Below the pieces are notes generated by a model that was given only the letters and a program-made list of their open reading frames with translations, did not search any database and was not told the DNA's origin. Below are positions 1 through 5,251 of a stretch of DNA of 5,251 nucleotides, piece after piece. Both the position numbers and the translations under genes were made by a program. The stretch is from Candidatus Nanopusillus sp. (GTDB lineage Archaea; Nanobdellota; Nanobdellia; Nanobdellales; Nanobdellaceae), in the NCBI GenBank assembly GCA_036845085.1, contig DAIUEN010000035.1:1-5251 (forward strand), in the 5' to 3' direction. Each line of letters opens with the position of its first letter. Within the stretch, counting starts at the first letter, position 1.

Positions 1-1528
1 CTACCTTATTATTATTAATTTTAAATTCTACTGCTACAGATCCAAATAGAACTGTTTCTTGATCTTTTACAGTAATAGTCTGTCCAGTAGCATAATTGTA
101 TAAAACAGCACTATCTGACGATACACTATCTACTCTTAATATATATGTCTGATGTAAATTACTATCAACAACCGCAAAATAATCTCCCGTGCTTAAGTTA
201 GTATTACTTCCTGATGAACTATATACTCCTTTGAATTCACCATTAAATAATTTCCAACTGTTATTAACTTTATCTATAGGTATTGAAACCATTTTTCCAG
301 ATACTGCATCTTTGTACCTTAATGTAAATTTATTATCATTTTCTTTAACAACTTGGGCTACAAGATCTCCAGCAGGTAATTGAACTGGTGCTATGTATAA
401 TTTATATTTATCGAATAAAGGTAATACATATTCTTCACCAGCTAAAAGAGCATAGTGTGGAGTTCCAGGTATTTGATTTAATTTAAATGTAAATGTCAAA
501 CTCTGTAATTTATTATTTTGTTGACCTTGATTTACTGTTACACCTTCTACTAAAGAATTATCAAAAGTCCTGTATAAATTACTTCCTGAAATTTTGTATC
601 CAGTATTAGTTACTACTACCTCCGCATATCCTTTTCCTTGTTGTAATACAGATGCATATGCATTAACAACATATACAAGTCTTCCACCAACATTTATGTA
701 GTTCCCCTTCTTTACAGTATATACTTGACCATTAACTTCTAATTGTGCATACCATACTTCACTACCACCTTCCATAGTTTTTACAACATCATTTAATTTT
801 AATGTTAAACCCCCAACATTTCTTGTGTCACCAACATTTAATATTACTCTATCAGCGGCTACTACTAAATGTAATTCATTATTTATGTTTGCTAAATAAT
901 ATTCTGTATTTGATACTTTTATTAATTGAGGATTATCTTTTAACTTTGATGTATCTATAGAAGGTGAAAAGTATATCTTTAGATCTGATACATTTCCATT
1001 ATTATTACTAGCGTTAATAGCTACTGCCGGTCTATAATTATCTCCAGTTCCATAATTACCAAATTTTATTTCTGCATTTTTTACTTCAACATATGCCTTA
1101 TATTCTATATTTGTGTTATCTATTTTTATTGTTCCATTTCCTACCGGTATTACAGAAAAAACGTTATTTGTTTTATTACCTACATAAAGTGGTGCTCTTT
1201 GGGTATAAAATGGATATACACCTTCAGGAACTTGAGAAGAAGCTTGACCTAAAGAAACAGATACAGTTTTAGTAGCTGGTACTGTAAATGTCTCTAATGC
1301 TGCTATTATGTTTGATGCTCCTACTACATCATAAGCCTTGGCCTCTGCCCCTACTACTACAGTATATGCTGTTGGATTTTGCTTCATTCCTTGTGCTAAC
1401 TGTCCAATTGTACCTGAACTTGCAAAAGCTACTGTACCTAAAGCCGCTACTACGCTTAAGCCCGCTAATGTTTTACCCTTCATCATAATAGGTATATACC
1501 CTTTAGATTTCTTAAGATTTTTGTCCAT
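1..1528 (-). CDS. S-layer-type secreted surface protein, N-terminal 509 codons (3' end lies beyond the left edge of the window); absent from the supplied ORF track
   Basis: I checked every minus-strand codon in the frame set by ATG 1528..1526 down to position 2 and found no in-frame stop. Translation starts MDKNLKKSKGYIPIMMKGKTLAGLSVVAALGTVAFASSGTIGQLAQGMKQNPTAYTVVVGAEAKAYDVVGASNIIAALETFTVPATKTVSVSLGQASSQVPEGVYPFYTQRAPLYVGNKTNN... It has a signal-peptide-like N-terminus. The motif VVVGa.A...DvvgA..IAaaL is, as I recall, typical of the archaeal S-layer N-terminal domain (Methanococcales type). The rest is beta-rich, Cys-free and rich in N/G/T/V/Y, with at least six N-x-S/T sequons (NKT, NGT, NAS, NVS, NNS, NLS). 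Alternative start at 1486 (MMKGK...). Confidence 0.7.
   Translation of the reverse strand, partial: MDKNLKKSKGYIPIMMKGKTLAGLSVVAALGTVAFASSGTIGQLAQGMKQNPTAYTVVVGAEAKAYDVVGASNIIAALETFTVPATKTVSVSLGQASSQVPEGVYPFYTQRAPLYVGNKTNNVFSVIPVGNGTIKIDNTNIEYKAYVEVKNAEIKFGNYGTGDNYRPAVAINASNNNGNVSDLKIYFSPSIDTSKLKDNPQLIKVSNTEYYLANINNELHLVVAADRVILNVGDTRNVGGLTLKLNDVVKTMEGGSEVWYAQLEVNGQVYTVKKGNYINVGGRLVYVVNAYASVLQQGKGYAEVVVTNTGYKISGSNLYRTFDNSLVEGVTVNQGQQNNKLQSLTFTFKLNQIPGTPHYALLAGEEYVLPLFDKYKLYIAPVQLPAGDLVAQVVKENDNKFTLRYKDAVSGKMVSIPIDKVNNSWKLFNGEFKGVYSSSGSNTNLSTGDYFAVVDSNLHQTYILRVDSVSSDSAVLYNYATGQTITVKDQETVLFGSVAVEFKINNNKV
1421..1528 (-). other. Predicted Sec-type signal peptide of the surface protein (cleavage probably after AFA, residue 36 counted from ATG 1528)
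   Basis: Lys-rich n-region (MDKNLKKSKGYIPIMMKGK), then an uncharged hydrophobic core (TLAGLSVVAALGTV), then the small-residue motif A-F-A followed by SSG. The +1 residue after KG is K, which does not fit a class III (prepilin) site. Confidence 0.5.
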
Positions 1529-1550
1529 TTTAATTATATAATGCAGAAAA

Positions 1551-1558
1551 TTTTTAAA
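1551..1558 (-). promoter_or_regulatory. TATA-box-like element (TTTAAAAA on the minus strand) for the surface-protein gene
   Basis: The octamer ends 22 nt upstream of ATG 1528. Its centre is therefore about 26 nt from the ATG, matching the archaeal TATA-to-TSS distance if the mRNA is leaderless. It is flanked by the short inverted repeat GAAAAT (1546-1551) / ATTTTC (1560-1565). The AT-rich background makes such matches easy to find. Confidence 0.4.
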
Positions 1559-1586
1559 TATTTTCTTGTTTGATAATCCATTATAA

Positions 1587-1600
1587 CTACTAAAAAGTAG
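1587..1600 (-). terminator. Small hairpin with a U-rich loop just after the helicase-fragment stop codon; possible terminator
   Basis: CTACT (1587-1591) and AGTAG (1596-1600) are exact reverse complements around a 4-nt loop. On the transcript this reads CUACUUUUUAGUAG, starting 3 nt after the TAG stop (1606..1604). The T5 run fits archaeal oligo-T termination. The stem is only 5 bp, so support is weak. Confidence 0.25.
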
Positions 1601-1603
1601 ATA

Positions 1604-3127
1604 CTACTTTTTTGCAAACTTTATTCCCCTTTTTTCATATTCTATTATTTCTCTTATTAATTGTTCTTCATCTTCAATATTTTTTCTTAGGATAAATGTA
1701 GCAGATAAATAACTTATTCCTTTACCAGCATAAACAAATAAAAATTTTTTTCCATAAGCCCTCAATAATTCTGAAGTTATATCTAACTTTTTTTCATCTT
1801 TTAGATCTTTCTCATTTTTAGCAACCCCAAACATTATACCACCACACTTCTTACAGGAAAATCCATCTGTATAATCTTTAACTTTAATTATATATTTATT
1901 ACCACATCCCATACATATCAAGATAAATTCTGTATTTTCCAATCTTTCCTTTACCAATCTGAATATTTCTCTCCATTTATCAGATATTAATACATCTGAA
2001 ACAACACTCTCTAATCCTAATAAAGCCAATGGAGATGGAATTTCTTTATCAATTATTTCAACCTTTATCTCTCCAATATTTATTTTCTCAAATACTTTTT
2101 TTGTATTTTCTATATCTAAATTTTCTATAAATATTTCATTCAAAGTTTCTTTATAAACTGGAGTATTAACCAAATGTTCTGCAATTCTTCTCAAAGTAGA
2201 TTTAGTATAATCTGCATCTTTCCTAATTACTCCAAATCTTTTAGCTATATGAGAAAATCTATATAAGAATAAATCTGTATTAGATATAGCCCTTTCCAAT
2301 ATTTTTTCCACATCTTCTGGTCTTACAGATAAAATTATTTCTTTTATTATAGACTTATTTATATATCCTGCTTTTAACATAATCCTATAAGGATCTATTT
2401 TTATACCTACTACAATACCATATCTTTCAGATATTAATTGAGATAATATCCTTGCAATAGAATCATTTACCCTATTACCAAAAGGGGCATGGATAATAAA
2501 CCAATCTTTATATTGTTCTATGAATATAGAGTTTTTATTAGGAATAAAATAATTCTCCTGTCCTCTTAATTCTTCCATATTTAATAATTCTTTCTTTATT
2601 TCTTGTGCTTCTTGTGCTACTTCAAAAGGAACTGGTAATTCTTCACCCTCCCAAGAAGGAATTGCAGATTCAAAATCATTTGATAAAGATACATATATTT
2701 TCTTTTTTTCAATTTTTTCAATTTTCCAAGGTAAACCCCTCAATATAAATATTGTACCAACATTACCATGTTTAGCAACAAAACCTTCATGTAATACTCC
2801 TATTTTCATACCAGTTGAAATATCATATACATCATATGACTTTTCATCAGGTATCATTGAAATATTTTCTATATAATACATCAAACCTTTACCAGTTTTT
2901 ATTAAAAAATTTCTTTCTCTATCAAATTTTATAGCTTTGATAGAATCTAAAAATTCAATTAAGTAAAAAAAATCGTTATATTCTAAATCTTTATATAAGT
3001 AAGATCTTTTTATAGTTTCCCAAACCTTCTTTACTTCAACTTCTCCATATTCTATAGTCATTCCTACAATTTGATTTGCTAATACATCTAAAGCATTAAA
3101 ATGTATTTCTGGCTTTTCAAGTTTCAT
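1604..3127 (-). CDS. Lhr-family (large helicase-related) protein, C-terminal half only: winged-helix + domain 4 (DEAD/H-associated region) + zinc ribbon; no RecA-like ATPase core
   Basis: 507-aa ORF from the track. The N-terminus ...NALDVLANQIVGM... resembles the (P)LDVLAQQ-type segment that follows the RecA2 domain in Lhr helicases. Other segments I recognise as typical of the Lhr C-terminal region are RSYLYKDLEYNDFFYLIEFL, ENISMIPDEKSYDVYD, GTIFILRGLPWKIEKIE, AIPSWEGEELPVPFEVAQE and FIIHAPFGNRVNDSIARILSQL. No Walker A/B, DExH or other helicase motifs are present. The gene directly upstream on the same strand is an unrelated oxidoreductase. Confidence 0.8.
   Translation of the reverse strand: MKLEKPEIHFNALDVLANQIVGMTIEYGEVEVKKVWETIKRSYLYKDLEYNDFFYLIEFLDSIKAIKFDRERNFLIKTGKGLMYYIENISMIPDEKSYDVYDISTGMKIGVLHEGFVAKHGNVGTIFILRGLPWKIEKIEKKKIYVSLSNDFESAIPSWEGEELPVPFEVAQEAQEIKKELLNMEELRGQENYFIPNKNSIFIEQYKDWFIIHAPFGNRVNDSIARILSQLISERYGIVVGIKIDPYRIMLKAGYINKSIIKEIILSVRPEDVEKILERAISNTDLFLYRFSHIAKRFGVIRKDADYTKSTLRRIAEHLVNTPVYKETLNEIFIENLDIENTKKVFEKINIGEIKVEIIDKEIPSPLALLGLESVVSDVLISDKWREIFRLVKERLENTEFILICMGCGNKYIIKVKDYTDGFSCKKCGGIMFGVAKNEKDLKDEKKLDITSELLRAYGKKFLFVYAGKGISYLSATFILRKNIEDEEQLIREIIEYEKRGIKFAKK
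1844..1915 (-). other. Four-cysteine zinc-ribbon motif inside the helicase-fragment ORF (C405-x2-C408 ... C425-x2-C428)
   Basis: Peptide ICMGCGNKYIIKVKDYTDGFSCKKCGG. I verified the codon positions by hand (TGT at 1915..1913 and 1906..1904). Two CxxC knuckles 16 residues apart is the classic zinc-ribbon arrangement. Confidence 0.6.
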
Positions 3128-3148
3128 AATATTTTTTATATAATTATG

Positions 3149-3156
3149 TTTATAAA
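3149..3156 (-). promoter_or_regulatory. TATA-box-like element (TTTATAAA, palindromic) for the helicase-fragment gene
   Basis: It lies in the 38-nt spacer between the oxidoreductase stop and ATG 3127. The octamer ends 21 nt before the ATG, with its centre about 25 nt away, which fits a leaderless transcript. Confidence 0.4.
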
Positions 3157-3157
3157 T

Positions 3158-3165
3158 AAAAAAAA
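3158..3165 (-). terminator. Oligo-T (T8) tract immediately after the oxidoreductase stop codon
   Basis: The plus strand has A8 at 3158-3165, giving T8 on the coding strand directly after TAA (3168..3166). Runs of five or more T are the established intrinsic termination signal for archaeal RNA polymerase. Confidence 0.45.
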
Positions 3166-5034
3166 TTATTTTTTCAATCCTAAATATCCATCTAAGCTTT
3201 CTTTAAATTTAATCCACCATTCAACATAATCTTCATATTTTTCAAACTTCCAATCACTTAAATTTAATTCTTTACACATTGTAGATATAAGATCCATTGC
3301 CCTTTTACTTTCCCATAAAGTAGGTTCTGCACCAGAATTTATAGAATATTCAGCAATTTCCTTATACAAGTTTCTATTAATATCTTTTCCTGTAATCTCT
3401 TTATATAATTTATCTATAACTGGTTCATATACTCCTCTATAAAATCTACATATACCAAGATCTTCTACCAAAGATTCATTTATTGCCCTTCCATATGCAG
3501 ATTTTGCAAAATCTTCTGGTTTTGCAAATGAATTAGAATAATCTGTCCAATATTTTCCCAAAATATACATAGGAGCGACAACGCCAGGACTCCAATACAA
3601 ATTTGGAGTAATATATCCATGTTTTCCAAAAGAAGCATATACTACAAAATCATTAAACTTATAATTTTTAATTCTATCTTTATATCTTTGATTTAATATA
3701 TTGGCAGATACTCTTATACCATTTTCAGATATTATAGAAATTACTTCATTATCTTTTTTAATTAAACTATTAATTATTTTTTCTGCTAATTTTGAATTCT
3801 TATAAGAATCTATCTTTGGATCAAAACTTTCAATATCGAATATAGGTCTATCATTTAATCCTATTTCTTCAGGTTCTAATAATTTATTCTCTATTAAATC
3901 AAATAACCATGCTATCAAATGTCCCATTTCTATAGCATCAAGTCCATACTGATCTATAAGATCTACAATCTTTAGAGATTCTTCAAATATATAATTACCA
4001 ATAAAAGGCCCTAAAGCATGGAATGGTTCATAATCAACTTTCTTACCTTTATATACTTTCTTACAAATTACAGGACATATATCTCCACAATTGAACCATA
4101 ATTTATTTCTTTCAAATACTTCCTCCTGGAAAGGTTTCCAAAATAATTCTATTATATATTCATAATGTTTTCTCCTCAAATATTTTGAATAATATATAGA
4201 TTTATATCCAAACAAAGGTAATAATTCTTTATATATCAGATAATTTGATCCAAAAGTTCCACCAGATTTTATTTGTGGATCATATTTATATTTCAATGTT
4301 TTTTCATTAACAACTTGTACATATCCTTTTCCAAATTTTTCCAAGAATATTTTATTAATTAAATTCATATCATTTGCTTTTTCATATCTATACCTATAAT
4401 GTCCACCAGCAACTATTCCCAATATATTATGACCTTTGTATAATGAAGATCCCCCACCACCTCTGCCAGCAAATTCTTCAGTTCCTAACTTAAATTCTCC
4501 ATTGTTTACATCAAAAGAAAATAAAGATCCGTTATATGTATAAATAGAACCTTCTCCAACGACAACAGACCTTGAATTATAATTCAGGAAAAAATCACTA
4601 TATTTTTCTAGTAAATATTTAGAAAATGCATAAACACCTTTATAATTTTTGTATGATGAAACATATTGAATTTCCTCTATTTTTACATTATCTGGAGAAA
4701 TAAATATAACAGAAGGTTCTTTAGCATAACCAGTTATCACTATAGCATCAATTCCAGAACCCATGAATTTGTATCCAACCCCACCAATTGCTGAAAAATG
4801 TAATGTTCTTGTTAATGGACTTTTAAATATAGATACCATTCTATGAACTCCAAATAATTTTCCACCAACAAAAGGACCCAATCCAAATATAAACGGTACT
4901 TCTGGATCGTATACTTCTTTTTTCCAAGATTCATATTCTTTATGTACTTTTACCCCAAGAGATATTATTCCTTGAGATTCTATATCCAATATTTTATGAC
5001 TTTCTTTATTTAGATCTATGAATAAAACTTTCAT
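3166..5034 (-). CDS. Aldehyde:ferredoxin oxidoreductase (AOR) family tungsto/molybdopterin [4Fe-4S] enzyme; probably the glyceraldehyde-3-phosphate:ferredoxin oxidoreductase (GAPOR)-like branch
   Basis: 622-aa ORF from the track. AOR-family blocks: KSPLTRTLHFSAIGGVGYKFMGSGIDAIVITGYAKEPSVIFI (N-terminal domain), FAGRGGGGSSLYKGHNILGIVAGG (aGRgG.G...K..lkaivv.G block), VDYEPFHALGP, LIDQYGLDAIEMG (the DxxGLD pterin-binding motif), a Cys cluster NCGDICPVIC, and the distal EDLGICRF motif that supplies the fourth Cys. The GAPOR-like call rests on my recollection that GAPORs are about 620-650 aa, have FG.GPF.G in place of the GGRGL segment near the N-terminus, and share the NCG..CPV.CKK context. I did not verify this by alignment. 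Confidence 0.85.
   Translation of the reverse strand: MKVLFIDLNKESHKILDIESQGIISLGVKVHKEYESWKKEVYDPEVPFIFGLGPFVGGKLFGVHRMVSIFKSPLTRTLHFSAIGGVGYKFMGSGIDAIVITGYAKEPSVIFISPDNVKIEEIQYVSSYKNYKGVYAFSKYLLEKYSDFFLNYNSRSVVVGEGSIYTYNGSLFSFDVNNGEFKLGTEEFAGRGGGGSSLYKGHNILGIVAGGHYRYRYEKANDMNLINKIFLEKFGKGYVQVVNEKTLKYKYDPQIKSGGTFGSNYLIYKELLPLFGYKSIYYSKYLRRKHYEYIIELFWKPFQEEVFERNKLWFNCGDICPVICKKVYKGKKVDYEPFHALGPFIGNYIFEESLKIVDLIDQYGLDAIEMGHLIAWLFDLIENKLLEPEEIGLNDRPIFDIESFDPKIDSYKNSKLAEKIINSLIKKDNEVISIISENGIRVSANILNQRYKDRIKNYKFNDFVVYASFGKHGYITPNLYWSPGVVAPMYILGKYWTDYSNSFAKPEDFAKSAYGRAINESLVEDLGICRFYRGVYEPVIDKLYKEITGKDINRNLYKEIAEYSINSGAEPTLWESKRAMDLISTMCKELNLSDWKFEKYEDYVEWWIKFKESLDGYLGLKK
4063..4089 (-). other. 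Putative [4Fe-4S] ligand motif C316-x3-C320-x3-C324 (fourth ligand probably C529, codon 3450..3448)
   Basis: Codons verified by hand: TGT at 4089..4087, 4077..4075 and 4065..4063. Peptide FNCGDICPVICKK. The distal motif LGICRF has TGT at 3450..3448. Confidence 0.55.
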
Positions 5035-5057
5035 ACATTCAAAAACGTAGTTTTTTA

Positions 5058-5065
5058 TATATAAA
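5058..5065 (-). promoter_or_regulatory. TATA-box-like element (TTTATATA on the minus strand) for the oxidoreductase gene
   Basis: The minus strand reads ...TTTATATATAAAAAACTACGTTTTTGAATGT-ATG. The octamer ends 23 nt before ATG 5034, with its centre about 27 nt away, which fits a leaderless mRNA. Confidence 0.4.
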
Positions 5066-5073
5066 TTTTTATT

Positions 5074-5096
5074 AAAAAATATCTAAAAACAGAAAA
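5074..5096 (-). terminator. Three oligo-T tracts (T4, T5, T6 on the minus strand) after the membrane-protein stop
   Basis: The minus strand after TAA (5101..5099) reads AATTTTCTGTTTTTAGATATTTTTTAAT. Plus-strand A runs lie at 5093-5096, 5085-5089 and 5074-5079. This fits archaeal oligo-T termination, but the AT-rich background lowers specificity. Confidence 0.3.
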
Positions 5097-5098
5097 TT

Positions 5099-5251
5099 TT
5101 ATATCTTAGATGCTAAAGTTCCTAAAGCTAAATTAATATATGCTATTGATAATAATGTAAATACAAAAGATAATAATCCTCCAATTAATGGTACTATTGA
5201 TAATAAATAGTTTATTATAAATATTACAATATATAATATTATATATAATGC
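5099..5251 (-). CDS. C-terminal 50 codons plus stop of an integral membrane protein (5' part lies beyond the right edge); absent from the ORF track
   Basis: The minus-strand frame is open from 5251 to TAA at 5101..5099, checked codon by codon. Translation: ALYIILYIVIFIINYLLSIVPLIGGLLSFVFTLLSIAYINLALGTLASKI*. It is almost entirely hydrophobic, consistent with two transmembrane helices. At this base composition, 50 stop-free codons by chance has a probability of roughly 1% by my rough estimate. No family assignment is possible. Confidence 0.45.
   Translation of the reverse strand, partial: ALYIILYIVIFIINYLLSIVPLIGGLLSFVFTLLSIAYINLALGTLASKI

Noticed and set aside
189-383. Plus-strand 64-aa ORF from the track
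   Set aside because: It lies entirely antisense to the 509-codon minus-strand surface-protein frame. Its sequence is low-complexity and Leu/Ser/Thr/Asn-rich, and it has no promoter-like context. It is most simply a shadow ORF.
1330-1470. Local GC-enriched island in an otherwise very AT-rich window; considered as a possible structural RNA (tRNA, tRNA half or sRNA), since such islands mark RNA genes in low-GC thermophiles
   Set aside because: The island sits in an intact reading frame and is fully explained by Ala/Gly/Val/Thr codons of the signal peptide and S-layer N-domain. I could find no cloverleaf arms or T-loop (GTTCRA) with flanking stems.
1480-1486. ATGATGA on the minus strand, matching a C/D-box sRNA C box (RUGAUGA)
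   Set aside because: It is the MM(K) codon run of the surface-protein ORF. No CUGA D box or terminal stem occurs at the expected 50-70 nt distance downstream.
1491-1500. Perfect 10-bp palindrome GGTATATACC
   Set aside because: By my rough estimate, palindromes of this length should occur many times by chance in 5 kb at this composition. It lies inside the longer version of the ORF. I mention it only in the start-codon finding, not as a stand-alone regulatory site.
1288-1541. Two overlapping plus-strand ORFs (1288..1488, 66 aa; 1338..1541, 67 aa)
   Set aside because: Both are antisense to the signal-peptide/N-terminal region of the surface-protein gene. Their Leu/Pro-rich or Ala/Pro/Thr-rich composition is what the reverse complement of Ala/Gly/Val codons produces. 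The second one also crosses the predicted start and promoter of the minus-strand gene.
2704-2721. Tandem 9-nt direct repeat TTTTTTCAA x2
   Set aside because: It is in-frame and encodes KIE-KIE within WKIEKIEKKK of the helicase fragment. It looks like a trivial codon-level duplication in low-complexity Lys/Glu/Ile sequence, not a regulatory or mobile-element repeat.
5090-5100. 11-mer CAGAAAATTTT shared between this spacer and the surface-protein promoter region (1544..1554)
   Set aside because: By a rough estimate, one such match between the small AT-rich spacers is not improbable by chance (order 0.1-0.2). The two copies also sit in different functional contexts: one just after a stop codon, the other between the TATA box and the ATG. 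This is insufficient to call a motif.
1-5251. Searched for CRISPR repeats, transposase/integrase genes, terminal inverted repeats, toxin-antitoxin pairs, and defence or secondary-metabolite clusters
   Set aside because: There are no regularly spaced repeats and no ORFs with nuclease, transposase or recombinase hallmarks. All substantial coding capacity is accounted for by the four minus-strand genes. The window looks like core chromosome rather than an accessory island.

Overview
AT-rich window (about a quarter to 30% G+C by eye). It looks like compact archaeal chromosome: four tightly packed, co-directional genes on the minus strand. Their proteins are rich in K/I/E/Y/N, as in low-GC (hyper)thermophiles. 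Two of the four genes are absent from the supplied ORF track because they run off the window edges. Left to right: (1) 1..1528(-) is the 5' part (509 codons, no in-frame stop, checked by hand) of a secreted S-layer-type protein. It has a Sec signal peptide and the N-terminal motif AYTVVVGAEAKAYDVVGASNIIAAL. (2) 1604..3127(-) is a stand-alone C-terminal half of an Lhr-family large helicase (winged-helix/domain 4 plus a CxxC..CxxC zinc ribbon). No RecA helicase core lies upstream. (3) 3166..5034(-) is an aldehyde:ferredoxin oxidoreductase (AOR) family tungsto/molybdopterin enzyme, probably GAPOR-like, with unusual C-x3-C-x3-C cluster spacing. (4) 5099..5251(-) is the hydrophobic C-terminal tail of a membrane protein. 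The intergenic spacers are 75, 38 and 64 nt. Each combines oligo-T terminator-like tracts with a TATA-like octamer ending 21-23 nt before the next ATG, which suggests leaderless mRNAs. I see no tRNA/rRNA, CRISPR, transposase, integrase or recognisable defence system, and I cannot support a claim of a novel multi-gene system. The most unusual items are the split helicase, the unlisted surface-protein gene, and a pterin-dependent oxidoreductase in what looks like a Nanoarchaeota/DPANN-like genome.
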